The notes beneath the pieces are model-generated. The model had not been told where the DNA came from. It made no database searches and worked only from the letters and a program-made list of their open reading frames with translations. A DNA stretch of 64,000 nt from the human T2T-CHM13v2.0 reference genome, Homo sapiens. Of this stretch, positions 37,242 through 52,300 are shown piece after piece (positions within the stretch are counted from its first letter, which is position 1; every line of letters starts with the position of its first letter). The stretch is taken from assembly GCF_009914755.1 (NCBI RefSeq), contig NC_060929.1, one strand, 5' to 3'. Both the position numbers and the translations under genes were made by a program.

Positions 37242-39847
37242 ATGCACCCTGGGTCTCTTACCAATTTGCACTCAGCCACCAGAGCCCCAGGCTTTGATAT
37301 CAATGAAATAAAATGATTTGAATTGAGGAGAGTAAAGGAATTGCATTCAAGCCACCATTTTCTTGGAATTTTTTTTAAGTGCTACAGAGAAACAGAGTCA
37401 GTTTTAGATTAGAATGTAACTCAGAGATCATCTAGTCCAGTGCCTACTCTGATAAGCCTATTTCCTGTAAAACATCTTCAACAAGTAGTGGTCCAGCTCT
37501 GCTTGAAGATCTCCAGGGATTCTGAGCTTGAATATTCTTTCTCAAACCAACTCCAAATCTCTCTTTAGGTTCAGATTATCTTATCTTCCCATCTCTTAGG
37601 ACCCTAGAGAAGTTATCTTCATATCTTACCCAGAGTTGGATAGCCTATTTTTCTTCCTTTTTTGGACATTTTCCTGCTCATTAAAATTGCTATAGTTTCT
37701 AGAGAAGATAAAGAACATTTGTAAACTAATCAGCTTACTAACTCCCTGGACTCTTTGATAAGTTTTGACAAAGGAGGAGATTGAAGTAATTTAGCAAAAC
37801 AAAGATTTTAGATTCATCTTTTCTCCTTAGATTACATTGACTCACTCTATTGTTTTCCTGTCTCTTCACTGAAAATACTATTTTTTTTCCAACATGAAAT
37901 GAACTTTGTAGTTTATTTATGATTATGAACATGATTCAAGCTTATTGGGAAAAATGAACAATAAAAAAGTATAAGTAAGAAACAAACAAAAACCCCCAAA
38001 CTCAAAATCTCAACATTGTGAAATGGCCCTTTTCCCAAATATTTCTCAGTGTGTTTGTAATTTCACATAAGTATTACATGTTACACGTGTTATTTTGTAA
38101 TCTCCCCTTCCATTTAACAAAATGCCATGAGTTTAGAGCCATACAGTTTTTAGTGGCTACTTAAAATTCCTTCGTATGAATGAACTATGATTTATTTACT
38201 CAATAATTTAATTCATGGTGGCCATGCTTAGTTGTTTTTAGGTTGTTCTTTCCTTCTATGTGAACACAACAGTGCTTCCCCAACCTTTTCTGTACACGTC
38301 TGATTATCTCCTTAAATTACTAACATTGAGAGTCAACAGGTCAGAGAGCATACCCATTTGAAATGTTCATGCATATTGCCAAACTTTCCTTTAGAAAGGT
38401 AGTACATGTCCACCAAAAGTGCCAGCACTGGGCATTGTCTGTCTGTTTCAACCTGGTCAATCAGATGACTGAAAAATTATCTGTATTTTCTTTAGTCTTA
38501 AATTATTTTTTTCTAATTATTATAGTTTTTGAATGCTAGATGAAGTTTAGAAGAGCTTTATTTTCTGGAGAAATTTTTTATAGGAGTCAGTACAATATAA
38601 TATTGTCTTAGGGGTTATTTTGTTTTATTTATATAAGTCTTATAACCTTCTTTAAACTTGTATTTCTGGATATTTTATATATGCTGTAGTTGTTATTGTG
38701 AATAGACACTTTTCCCACTGTATGTAATGTTCCTTTGGTGAGACAAAACGTATCTTTCTTATAATTCTAGAAAGTAATATGTGCATTGGTAGAAATTATG
38801 GAAAATATGTTAAAAGCATGATGAAGAAGAAAACCACTTAGAGAAAAAAATCATTGTCATTATTTTGGTATCTTTTATTCTGGTCTTTTTTTTTCCTTTC
38901 TTATATATCTACACATAATGTTATTTTCTTTTAAATTTTGCATTATAGCATAAAAATTTTTCTCTCAATTTCATAAGTTTTTGCAGACATATGTAATTTC
39001 TATAATACTTATTAAATAAATGTTAGTCATGGCATAAATTTTATATTCTCCCAGTGTTCAATAGATAATCTTATTTCTTGACATTAAAGACCATGTTGTG
39101 TATTTCTTTTTTTATTGATCCTAATGCACCTAATGCCAACATAGATACATAATAAGAGCCATAAATTGTAGCTTACAGTGAAAAAGAGATTTTTGACTCT
39201 GCCCTCTGTTTCAGCAATAATAGGCTATGTTGTCTCTAACAAGTTATCTCTCCTCTCTGGGCCTTAATTTTCTTATTTGTAAAATAGCAAGTTGGATAAT
39301 TTCGTCTTCTTTTCCTCTTTTTCACTGTCAGCATCAGTGTTCATATTTATTATTTAAAACAAGCAGTCATTGTGTTAAGTGCATTACTTGCATAATCTTA
39401 GTTATTATCAACTGTAAGCTGTACAGATGAGGAGAGTGATGCCTAGGAAGTCTACAGTCACACAGCTAATGTATGTTAGGCATGAAACATGAATTTCTCT
39501 CTCTTCTAAGGTCATACTCCTAACTACTATAGACTGTTATAATTGCCAAGGTCCCTTCTGATGTTAATGGTTTGAAAGTTATGGCCCTAAATTAGATTTT
39601 GGTTATCACTTTTAAACTTTAGCCTGTTTATGTAGTTGACAGAAATGGACCAGAAGTAAATAACAATGTCTAAACTCTAATCTTGGTTTACTATTGCTAT
39701 TGCCAAGCAATACTTATTTTATTGTCAGAGTTTACTCTGTGGATAGCAGCAATCATTTGGAAGGGCTACTGGATTATTTCAGAGAATCCATGAGGTAGAA
39801 TAAATTGCTTCATGAGGTCCCTATGGCTATAGTTTCAAACATAAGGT

Positions 39848-40383
39848 GTAAGGAAGGAAAAACTATTTCTGTACACATTTAGGTTTTTATAACCGGGGTC
39901 AGATAATTAAACTCATAAAAGAACAATTAGCAAGAAAAAAACACATGTATTTTATTGATGCTAATATTTTTAATTTTAGGTGCATGAGGGCTTCACAGAA
40001 AAGAAGTGAAAAATCCAAAGAGGCAGTTGTACTCTGGGGTTTATATACAATTTTAACAAAGGGTGATAAGTTGTGGAGAAGAGCCTAGAAAAAGGAAAGG
40101 AGTTTGGACTTCTAGGGTCAATAGAACATATATGGAGGAAACTAATGGTAGATAAGAGTTCTTTAGCAACATTTCTTTATATAGACTCATTTTGGCACTC
40201 CTCTTTCTGATATGGGAAAGAAGGGACACCTGTTTAACAAGGAAAATTTATGCCCTGCTTTTAGGCAGATGGGGAAGGATAGAGAACTCTTCCTATGTCT
40301 GATTTGTCTCAGTTGCTTCCAGCTCAAAATCATTATTATGTCAAAGTGGCATATTATGGGGTGAGATATACTAACCCCCTTTT
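39848..40383 (-). mobile_element. MER34/MER39-like ERV1 solo LTR
   Basis: tcagttgcttccagctcaaaatcatt...tcaaagtggcatattatggggtg terminus. Confidence 0.75.
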
Positions 40384-42274
40384 AAGGGAACATGGAATCC
40401 TAGTATCTAAATGTATCAAAAAACTAATGTTTATTCCATCCAACTTTCTACCTGATCTTTGAATTCTTCCCACAACTAATCACCTCTCTACCTCTTTTCT
40501 TTGTTTTCTGTATGTTTTTGGAAATTTCCTCTGTGTGTTTTCCTGTGTGTGTTTTTACCTCTGTGTGTTTGTTCTCTTTTACTTTCCTCATTGTCTTCTC
40601 CCTTCTTTTCTCTTTAATGTATATCAAATGCACTAAAAACATCTTTTGACCTCTTGGTTGTCTTCTAAGCCCTTGGAGAAAATGGTTGATATCACTTATC
40701 TTTCTATTGTTTTTCTGTCAGACAGCTCTGCCTGGGAGGCCAGCTACATTTTACAATATTAATGATGTGCTGTAAGAACCTAACATAACATTTTATAACC
40801 CTATAACAAATCTTATTATCAGATGACAATGAGGTACAGTATATTAAATATTCATCATCCTTGCTTTACTTAAAAACTTTAAAGGGGATAAGGCACAGAG
40901 GCTGCTTCAGACTAATTACTGTTCTAATTATATAGCTTGGTTTTCAATGTTTAATGGGGACCTCATAAAACCATGATTGAAAACAATGCGGTATATCAGT
41001 CAGATGCCCTGCTGACATGCACCATGAAAAAATACCCTGTTATTTTAGAGACAGTGCTGTTATATTTCTGCAGTAGTGGCAGCCCTGTCTCAGAAGGTAC
41101 ACGATTGTTCTCCCAGTAGTCAGCTAGCACCCCTCATATTACTCAGATTGAAGGTTTTACTTCTGTTCACTGGCAGCCTAGATAGTAAAGGGCAGAGCTT
41201 CTGCCTTCAGCATCTATGAACTCCTTTCACCAGCATACCTAAGTTCTTATATGACTTGATATTGCTGAGTAGGACATTCCCCTGGAGGCTCTGTTGTGGG
41301 AGAAGAGAAAGAAAAGGCAATACCATAATCATCACTGTCCAACATTACCAGTTATTGATTGTAGAGATCAGGTATGGCATAGGAGAAACATAAGAGCCTT
41401 GGTTCAATCTCAGTTCTAATTTTTAATTACATTGTTCCCTCAAGGATGTTATCTGATTACCCTCTGGGGTAAGATGGACAAACATAAACATCTTGTCATA
41501 AAGTAGGAGTCTAGCCAATCCTCTGATCACACTCACCTACAATTCTCAAAGTCTCTAACCACTGAGAGAGAGAGGGAAGAAGAAGTAGGAAAGCTCTTTT
41601 GAGGAATTACAGCCAGGGACTGAATCTTCTGTGTTTTCCCAGAATTTCAAATCTTGAGCTGGTTTTAAGGTGTTTGTAGACTCAGAGTGTTCCCTGTGTA
41701 TAGGGCAGAACAGAACAATTCTTTAAATACTAAAATTGTTTAGTATTTAACTGAAGATTCAAGCATATGAGAAAATTAGCCTCCTTAAATAAAATCAGCA
41801 GAGAAAGCATACAAAATTCCACAAGGACTTCAGATATTGACATTAGCAGAGACAGATCTGGAAACAAAATTGATAATTATGTTTAAAGAAATGTAAAGCA
41901 AAACAAAGTTATTTGCAAGAAATAAGATATTGCAGGAAGTGATTTAGTAGATTTGAAAATGAACCAAATGAAATATATGGACACAATTCATTTTTGGATT
42001 AACAAAAAGTTTTCTGAAATGAAATGACTGAACTTGAAAACCTCATGAGGTTAATAGCAGACTTGATATGGTTAATAATATAATTGATTAACTGAAAGAT
42101 TGGACAGAGAAAATTATCTATAGTGTAACACAGTAAAAAGAGATAGAAAACACAGAAGAAAAGGTAAGAGACATAGATACAATGAGAAAGCTTAACCTAC
42201 ATTTAATTGAAATTCAAAAACAAAGTGGAGCAACAGAAAATAAGAGTGGGGAAAAATATTATAAAGAATAATGG

Positions 42275-43112
<838 letters not shown>

Positions 43113-43299
43113 GAGAGAATGATTCAGAATTTTTAAGCACTGATATTAGGTATTAGTCAACAAATTCAAGATACCCAAAACAGTTCAAGAAGGATAAATA
43201 GAAAGAGGCATACTGTAGTGAAAATGGAGAAAATGAAAGAGAGAAATCCTTGAAGAAACCAGAGAAAATAAATGGCTTTCAAAGTGAGTGGCTGCTAAA

Positions 43300-43519
43300 C
43301 TAGGGGTGAGCAAGCTTTCTTTAAAAAGGGCCAAGAAGTAGTTGCTTTGTGCTCTGAAGGCCATGTGGTCTTTGTTACAAATACTCAACTCTCCCGTGAT
43401 AATGTGAGGACAGCCATAGCCAATGTGGAAATGAATGGGCATGGTTGCTGTACAGTAAAACTTCACTCAGGTAGGCTGTAGGCTGGATTTGGCCAGGGCA
43501 TGTAATTTGCTGACCCCTG
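43300..43519. mobile_element. MER58A hAT-Charlie MITE
   Basis: TIRs taggggtgagcaa / ttgctgacccctg; internal gaaggccatgtggtc, atgaatgggcatgg. Confidence 0.85.
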
Positions 43520-44395
43520 TCTAGAATGAAAGCCAATGTCTCAACAATAAAACAGAAGCTAGAAGCCAGAGGATCTTCCATGTGATAAAGGAAAGTAATT
43601 GTTAATCCAGTATTTTATGTTAAAATATCTCTTAAGAATAAAGGCAACATTAAACACTTTTTTTTCACACAATCAAAAGTGGAGGTAGTTTGCTACCATC
43701 AGGTCCTCACTAAAGGAAACTTCAAGTAGAAGGAAAGTGGTCGCTGGTGGAAAGTCTGAGATGCAAGAAAAAAATAAAGAAGAGATATTAAAATGAAATT
43801 AATAAAATAGTTATTGCATAAGAAATGCATATAAGCTAAGATGCTAGTAAATAAGTTACTTGAATTGTCTGTAAGGAAGAATAATGTCTGATATTATATT
43901 TTAAAGTTGAGGATTCATATTGTAATTTCTAATGTGTCCATTTCAAAAGGAAGCCACGGATATAATCTTCAAAACTGGTAGAGGTTCAGAGCAATGAAAT
44001 AATAACAGTTACTCTAAAAGAAGACAAAAATGGAGAGAAAGAAGAACCTAGAACAGAAATAGAAGGCACAAAATGAGACAGTTGATATCAAACCTAAATA
44101 TACCATTAACTACCTATGTGTAAGTGGACAAAAACTCCAGTTATTAGAAACCAATTATCAGGATTTTTTTTTGAAAAAACATACTTTATAATGTTTATAT
44201 GAGAGAGATCTAAAACATTAGAATATAGAAAAAAGGGGATGAAGATGGATATACTATGCTACTATTAATCAAAAGAAAACTGATGTAGCCATATTAATAT
44301 CAGACAAAGTAGAATCTAAGACATAAAAGCATTATTAGAGATAAAGTAACTTCATAATGGCAAAAGATCTCATTCAACAGAAAGATATATTTGTA

Positions 44396-44686
44396 GGCTG
44401 GGTGCAGTGGCTCACATTTACAATCCCAGTGCTTTGGGAGGCCGAGGTTGGAGGGTTGCTTGAGGCCAGGCTTTCCAGAGTAGCCTGGGCAACATAGCAA
44501 GACTTGTCTCCTAAATTTTATTTTTTTATAAATGAGCTAGGCATGGTAATATACATCTGTAGTCCTAGCTACTTGGGAGCCTGAGGTGGGAGGACTGCTT
44601 AAGCCCAGGAGTTTGAGGATGCAGTGAGTTTCCATTAGGCCACTGAACCCCAGCCTGGATGACAGAATGAAGCCCTGTCTCTAAGA
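44396..44686 (+). mobile_element. AluJ
   Basis: J-type right arm aagcccaggagtttgagg; 16-bp TSD agaaagatatatttgt at 44379-44394 and 44687-44702. Confidence 0.93.
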
Positions 44687-45965
44687 AGAAAGATATATTT
44701 GTGTGCTTCTAATAATATGCCTCAAAAAAATGAAAACAAAAACTGACAGACTCCAAGGAGAAATATACAAATCTGCAATGTAAAAATTTTTAACAAACAT
44801 CTCTTCATAATTCATGGAACAAATGGACCAAAAAATCCAGAAAAATGGAGTTCAGTTGAAGAATGCAATAAACAGCAAATCCAAAGAAAGTAGAAGGAAG
44901 AAAATGGAAGTTAATAAAATTGAAAACACAGAGATAATAGTGAGAATCCATAAAGTTAAAATTTGCTTTTCTGAAAAAAAAAAAGCCCAATATAATTGAT
45001 TAACCTCTGGTAAAACTGATCAAGAAAAAAGAGAGAAGACACAAATAGCTTATGTCGGGAATAAAAAACGAACATCATTACAGAGCCTTCACATACTTTT
45101 TTAAAACAACCAGAAGATATTACAATTTTATGCCCAAAATTTTGAAAATTTAGAGTAAATGAAGAAATTCCCAGGCAAATACAAATTAATACAATTGACA
45201 CAAGATAGATAAAACATGAAAATCCTATAAGTAAATAAATTAAATGTGTTTTTCAAAATATCCCCTCAATGAAATCTTGAAACACTGATAACATTACTTG
45301 TGAGTGCTATGTAATGTTCAACAAGAAATAATTCTAGTCTTATTCCAACTCCTCCAGGGAATTGAAAAAGAGAATAGACTCCCCATCTCATTTTATGAGG
45401 TAGCACATGACAGTATAAGAAAGAGAGCAATCTTGATTATAACAATAAAGACAAAAATCCCATGCAAAATATCAGCAAACTGGATCAAGCATCACATAAA
45501 AAAGATGAAAACCATTATATATTATATAGCAATTACTTGCTGATTTAAGGAACTTCAGGTTGTATTTAGGTTGTAACATTAGAGAATTAATCATGCAATC
45601 ACTTCAGTAGATGCAGAAAAATGTTTAATAAAATTTAATACCTATTTATAATAAAAACTCTTACCAAATAAGAAATTGGCAGGGTCCTAATTTGATAAAA
45701 AGTATTTACAAATGACTTACAGCAAATATTATGTGCAAGGAGAAATACTGAAACTATTCCTTTAATATTGGCTGTATGATGAGGATGTCCATTATAAACA
45801 CATATTCTTTACAGAAATGAAGATAAAATTGGGGGTAAGGAAAGGAAAGGAATAAATAAAAACTTCATTATTTTTAGATGATACGGAAAATTTAAAAGAA
45901 TCTGTAGCGAATTATTAGAAATGTTAAACAAACTTAGCAAGTCTTCAGGAAATGACACCAATGTA

Positions 45966-46333
45966 CTGTAACACTCCACTACAGTGTTATATGTGGGGTC
46001 CAAAAATTCAATCAGTAAAATGAGAGGGTTCATTTCTGGTGAGGTTAGTGTAAAGTAAAATATTTCAGGCCATCTGTGCTGACACACAGAGTACAAAAGT
46101 AAAGATGAAACTTATGCTGTACCCAGTTATCCATACAAGGACCCAAGAAAGTCACACTTGATTACAGAGCGAAAAACAGTCACTTTCTAACTGTGTTCCT
46201 CCAGCCTTTAGAGGAGAAGAACCTTAGCCAATATACCTATGGGAGAATGGAGGCCAGAGAGAGGACTCAAACACCAATGGCTTTATATCCAAATTTGCGT
46301 TATTACAGAGCATGGTATCACGGAGTTTTACTG
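45966..46333. mobile_element. Tigger-like non-autonomous DNA transposon inserted in L1
   Basis: TA flanks (45964-45965, 46334-46335); termini ctgtaacactcc / ggagttttactg (10/12 inverted match); L1 ORF2 resumes after it. Confidence 0.6.
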
Positions 46334-46940
46334 TAAAACTCCAGTTGTATCTCCATAAACCAGAAACAAATAGAAAGTGAAATTCAAGAAAACACATCGT
46401 TAGAGGAGCAAATATATCAAGTATCTAGAAATAATCTAATGAAAGAGAAAGAGGTTCTTTAAAACCTCTTTGGGGAGGACTACATTGTTGGGGTTAAGGG
46501 CAAGATTTCAAATAATGAACTTAAAGCAAGCCAGCTAATTAAGAGGATTGGATGTGCAGGACCACACAGAGACAGCTGTAATTGTTGTGCTTGTACAGTC
46601 TGCCAAACTGCTAGTACCCAGTGTGTGACCAGCCTGGAGGACAGATGTGAGCTGAAAGGCCACATTTGGCCAATGAAGTCTAGCCAGAAGGAAAGGTCTG
46701 GATGTCAGCCAGGCTTTGACACCTACAGATGCTTAATCAGATGGCACCCACACAGAAAGGACCCAGAAATGCCAGCCTTAGCCATGCCTGACTCCAGATC
46801 TTCAGAGACTCGAGTCAAGGAGAAAGGCAGGTTACAACTCTCTGTCATATCCTTTCTTCTGGAAAGAGTTTTTGAGGCATTATCCTGAGGCCAAATTTGT
46901 GAGAGTAAGATAACTGATAGTCACTCTCACGTATACTGAT

Positions 46941-47319
46941 TGCATTAGTTTGTTCTTACCCTGCTTTGAAGAAATACCTGAGACTGGGTAATTTATAAAG
47001 GAAAGAGTTTTAGCTGACTCACAGTTCCACGTTGCTGGGGAGGCGTCAGGAAACTTACAATCATGGCAGAAGGCAAAGGAGAAGCAGGCACCTTCTTTCC
47101 AGGGTGGTAGGATGGAGTGAGTGCAAGCAGGGGAAATGCCAGCTGCTTGTAAAACCATCAGATCTCGTGAGACTCCTTCATATCACGAGAACAGCATGGG
47201 GGAAACCGCCCCCATGATCCAATTACCTCCACCTGGTCCTGCCCTTGACCTGTGGGGATTATGGAGATTACAATCCGAGGTGAGATTTGGGTGGGGACAC
47301 AGAGCCAAACCATATTACA
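46941..47319 (-). mobile_element. THE1/MST MaLR solo LTR
   Basis: gaaatacctgagactgggtaatttataaagg...gagatttgggtggggacacagagccaaaccata. Confidence 0.9.
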
Positions 47320-48644
47320 GATGCTGGATGAAGAGAAAGCTCAAAGGCCAGAGATCCACTGACCTGATTCTACTTATTTTGGAGTAAGTAGGCTCACGTG
47401 GGGCCAGAGGCAGGTGCTTAGAGTGTGAGTCTCCCACCATAGGGCAGGTCAGATTATGCCACCACCAGTATTCTGAGGAGTTAATGTGGCATTTGGTAGG
47501 AAATAATGTTTCTCACCCTTCCAGACTAAGGAATCATTTAAAACTATGAAACCCAAGAGCTTTGGGGAGAAAATTTTGGAGCTAAGCCAAATAAAAATAA
47601 ACCAAAGAAAAGCAAGAAAATCATTGATAGTATTGGTAAATTCAAGACTCTTGGACTTGTGAAAACTCCTTGTCATATTGAATTATATTAGGGGTAAGCC
47701 TCTATAAATCAGACACACAAACAAGCAAGCAAGCAAGCAAATAAACAACTATCTTTTCTCCATTTACAAAATTTCAAGCTGGCACTTTGGCTAGCAGAGC
47801 AAGTTAGCACTCTCCACAAAAGGGAATGGGCTGTTTTGGAAAGCATTTGGTGCAACACACTGGGTAGATTCATGTTGAAATGAGATGGCTAGTTTCCTAG
47901 GATGTTGAATAAGGGATTCACACCCTAGAGTTGAACTATCTAATGTACATGCTTCTTCCCAATGCTATGGTTATGGTCCCTTGTTTTATAGATGAGGAAA
48001 CTGAGGCAAACACAGGAAAAGAGACTTAGCTAAGGTCATCCAGGGAATGAGTGCCAGACCAGAGCTATCTTCATCTAATATCACATCACACACACACATT
48101 TTACTGACAAAGTACCTTCAGAAATAACCCCAAATCTTACCCTGGGAACCCTGAAAGGAAAAGGTCTAGACTTCACTCATTAAAATTATCAAGAAAGGTG
48201 AAACCAAACAATAGAATCCAAACCCACTTAAGATAATAGGAAACTCTGTCTTAAATAATGGCATAATTTGAAGATTTGGCCACCTATTGAAATAGTTCTA
48301 AAAATTTTGATTCGTTCCATTGAACATTTCCAGAATACTTTGAATTAAATATTAAAAACAAAAACAAATTTCAATTCCTAATGCCTGAGCTGTTTTAATC
48401 TCATAACTCTGTTTCAACTACTCTTGGCAATGAATCACTGAACAGGGCATTGTAAGGGCATTTCTAATATCCTTTAATTAAAACTCACAAGGGTTTGTAT
48501 GATGTAATTCCAAGGAAACTAACTATTCCCAGGTATTCCTTTGCCAAGAAGCCTTGCTTCGGAGATGTGCAGTCCTGTCCCTGAACATTACCTGCCACCC
48601 TATCTGAAATGATATCTATCTGTCTTCTACCACCACGGAACTCG

Positions 48645-49430
48645 TGTCTTAGCCTGAGCTCCCCTAAAGCAAAGCCTGAGACACAGGCTTCCTTGGGAGT
48701 AGTTTATTTGGAGGTATGTTCCAGTTATCAGACATGAGGGTGACTGGGTGCTACGGACTGAATGTTGAGTCTCCCTAAAATTCATATGTTGAAGCCTCAT
48801 TCCCTGTGTGATGGTATTAGGATATAAGGCCCTTGGGAAGCAATTAGATCATAAGAGTGGGTCATAAGGTCATCTTCCTCAGTGGGATTAGTGCCCTTAT
48901 AAGCAGAGACATGAGAGTGCTTGCTCTCTCTCTCTCTTCCCTATGAAGATATGGACAAAAGGTCAGCATCTGCAAAAAAAGGAGATGGAACCTCACCAGA
49001 CACTGGATCTGATGACATGTTATCTTGGACTTCCTAGCCTCCAGAACTGTGAGAAATAAGTTTTTGTTGTTTAAGCCATCCAATTTCTGACATTTTTGTT
49101 ATAGCAGCCAGAGCTAAGTCACTGGGGAAGGAGAAAGAGAAAATGAGGCTATGTTATGAAATTGGCCATCACTACAGGTGACTGTTGCTGTTTTATGGGA
49201 TATTTTGAGAAGCCATGTAAAATTGTCTTAGAAGTGTGCATTTGGAGGGAATAAAGAAGAGTCACTTTTGCCCATCAGCATCTGTCCTTTTCAGCCAAGG
49301 GTGGTCCTGAGGAGTATTAACTTCTCTGTACTCCTGGGCTGTGCATGTATGAATGCCAAGCCCCAAAGCAGAACCTGCCCAAAGCTGGGTGGAGCCTGCA
49401 TAGAACTGGCTGTTGCCAAGAGAATTTGTG
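48645..49430 (-). mobile_element. Old ERVL-type LTR with nested MLT1A0 (48749-49121, +)
   Basis: tgtcttagcc...aagcaaagcctgagac...tttatttgg host; tgctacggactgaatg...ttatagcagccagagctaagtca insert. Confidence 0.7.
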
Positions 49431-49689
49431 ATGCTGCACATCAGGCATGCAAAGGCTTTCCTTCAGTGCTTAGATTAAGCACTACCCATATGCACCTCCC
49501 CATGCCTGCATCATTCCACCATCCACCTTCTTAACACAAACCACTCACTTGGGCCCCTGCTTCTTTACTATGTGCAATATTATTTCATAGATTTGTAGCC
49601 TGGTACTAGTGTGGTCATGTGTACCTGGGATCTTGGGCCTTCTCTGTGCCCCACTTTCTCTACCTGTACAATGGTTGGGGTTGAATTAG

Positions 49690-50265
49690 CCCAGGGCTAC
49701 AAAATCAGGTGTCAATAGGAATTAGACAGGTGAATAATGACTAAAGCAGCCTACGTTTGTTTCACAACAGCGTCTGCCTTAAGTTTTATTTTATTTTTTG
49801 ACAAAGACATACTTGGTTTGGATGATAAATGCACAGAAATTGCCCACACTTCAGAAAATACATTTTCCCTCTCTCATCTTCCTTGGAAAACCAAGCTCTC
49901 CTGGTCTATCTTATATTTTCCTACTTTTGATAGCAGCATGTTTACAGAAACCACTGCAGCACGGTCTCAATAGTAAATGACAGCTTTCCCTTGGCTTCGA
50001 CATTGAGGAGACTTCAGAGGTCACAGGACCATGAAAACCCTTGAAGAGGGCAGCTGATACTCAGATTGTTGCCACTGGACCCAGGGTTATCAAAACCTTC
50101 AGATTTTTTTTTTTTTGAGAAGCCAGAAATCTTGATTACCATCCATGATTTCCTAATATTGAAAGGTTGATATCTCCTTTAAATTAATCTTAAAGACTAA
50201 GCATGCCAAAGAAAACTCTTCTTTGGATTTGTTTTGATTTCCAAGCCACTAGTTTGTGAACTTAG
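49690..50265. mobile_element. MER102-like hAT-Charlie element
   Basis: cttcagattttt...gagaagccagaaatcttgatt...ccactagtttgtgaac. Confidence 0.6.
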
Positions 50266-51089
50266 AATAAAGAATTCCTAAAAGCCTTTCCAGAATTAAT
50301 ACGCTATGGTTCATACTTTTGACTGCTAAGAACCTCTTTTGCTACCCACTTGCTTCCTGGTCTGCATTTAGGCAGTCTCAGAAATCGTCCAGAACTGCAT
50401 CCCTATTATCACCCTTAGCCCATTATTCTGGGTGGGCTCTATCCCTAGATTGTAAGCAGGCTCTCTGCCAGATCTGTTACAAAGTCTTACATTCTAAGAA
50501 TCTCTGAGATTCAAAAAGAATTGGCCATGAAATGAGACATCATTCACCTACGTAAAGAGGCAAAAGAAAGGGCATCAGAAATGATGGAAAACCTAAGTCA
50601 TGTGCTAACCATAAGGTGTATTACTGAAATGCCAGAATAAATTGTACATTCTGGTGGGGAGCCATGAGCCACCAGAGGGACAGACTCTAAGCTACTGCTC
50701 CAAACACAGTCTTTTAGCCCTTGCCATCCGGGTCACTTATGTCTCCAGCAATTTATCTGATGGGTCATTGTACTTTGTACCTTGGGAGGATTATAACATG
50801 CTGAAGCTGTGAACACCTATCGTTTGTAAGTAAGTATTTGGAGGGGCTCACTAGACAATTTCCCTTTTATATTTATTTTATCACATATAGAATACCTGAT
50901 AAAATTTTTATTTCAGATGAAACAGTGATGAAAGAAAAAATACCATTTCCCCTTTTTTATTTTTATAGAGAAACATCTTAATGGTTATAAAACAAGGACA
51001 CATTGCTTCTTTGCCTCTGCTGTTGGAGGATGGGCTGTGAGGGTTTTCCATCGTAGATACATTACTTGTAACAACAGTAATAATTATAA

Positions 51090-51285
51090 AGCAGCTAACA
51101 GTTTGGAAATATGATCATGTTCCTGGCACCAAGCTAAGTACTTAATATGCATCATTTCATTTTTATCTTCAGAATATCCTGAGATAAGCAACATTATTGT
51201 TCCCACTTTATAGGTCAGGAAACAGAAGCTTAGAGAAGTGGTGACTTTCCTAGATATTATAGCAACTTAGTGGTAGAACCAGAAC
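51090..51285 (-). mobile_element. MIR
   Basis: attgttcccactttataggtcaggaaacagaagcttagagaagt. Confidence 0.7.
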
Positions 51286-52074
51286 TATGCTACACTACCC
51301 ATCTCTCCGTGTCCACAGATAAAAGAAGTAGGTCGGGATTTACTCAAGGTACAGAATACATGGAACATATAGCAGCTCCATAAGTTCACCCATTCATGAC
51401 ATTTGTTGCTTTGTGACAGAGCCATATAATTAATATGTTCCCTGGGCATGTCTTCCTGCAAGATCTTTTCCATAGAAGCCTTGTATGATTGAATAGTTAC
51501 TGGACTAGCTAACTGGGGCATGTTGGATCAGTCACACCTAGAAATAAGACACTGAAGGACTGGCTTCAAGGCACTGTCTTGTTCAGAGTCTCAAAAATGG
51601 TTTGATTTAGTAATCATGAGAATCTGTTTCTCCCGTCCTTTCCCAAGTGCTCATAAGCAATATTGTATAAAGAAGAACTAAAAAAAATACAATTTAGCCA
51701 AAGACAACTGCCCAGCAAAATGGGAGGACTTCATAGCACTAAGTATATAAATGTATCTACCTATTCCTTTGTTCATTCATCCATGCCACCCATAGCTATT
51801 TTCCAGTTTTCAGCTATGTGTACCTGTAATGTACCCAGCCTGTGCCTTATTTCTCTTACTTTTGATGGCTGTATCATCAAAAAGTATACCATCCTTTCTT
51901 TTTCCTTGCCTCCTACAGCCTGACGCTAGGCTGGACATGTGTCTTCAGTGGGAGCTGAGCTCTAGGTATGACCATCAACTATCCAGAGAGACTGTCAACT
52001 ATACAGAGAGTCTGTCCTTGTCAATCCATCTCCAGGTTTATCTCTAGGTATCCTACTGAGCTTGGGGTCCCTTG

Positions 52075-52300
52075 GAGGCAGTGTAGTATAGAAGTTATAT
52101 GAATGAGTTTTATTATCAGCCAGCCTGGGTTCAAATTCTGCTGTTTCTAACTTCATGATCTTAAATCTGATCCTTAACTTCTCTGAGTCTCACTGTTTCC
52201 ATCTGAAAAAAGAGGAATAAAATTTGATAGAATTCTTGGGAGAATTAGATGAAGTTATTAATATAAAACCTCTAGCATAGAACCTGGTCCATATTATGTG
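52075..52300 (+). mobile_element. MIR
   Basis: gaggcagtgtag...cctgggttcaaattct...cttaacttctctgagtctca. Confidence 0.75.
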
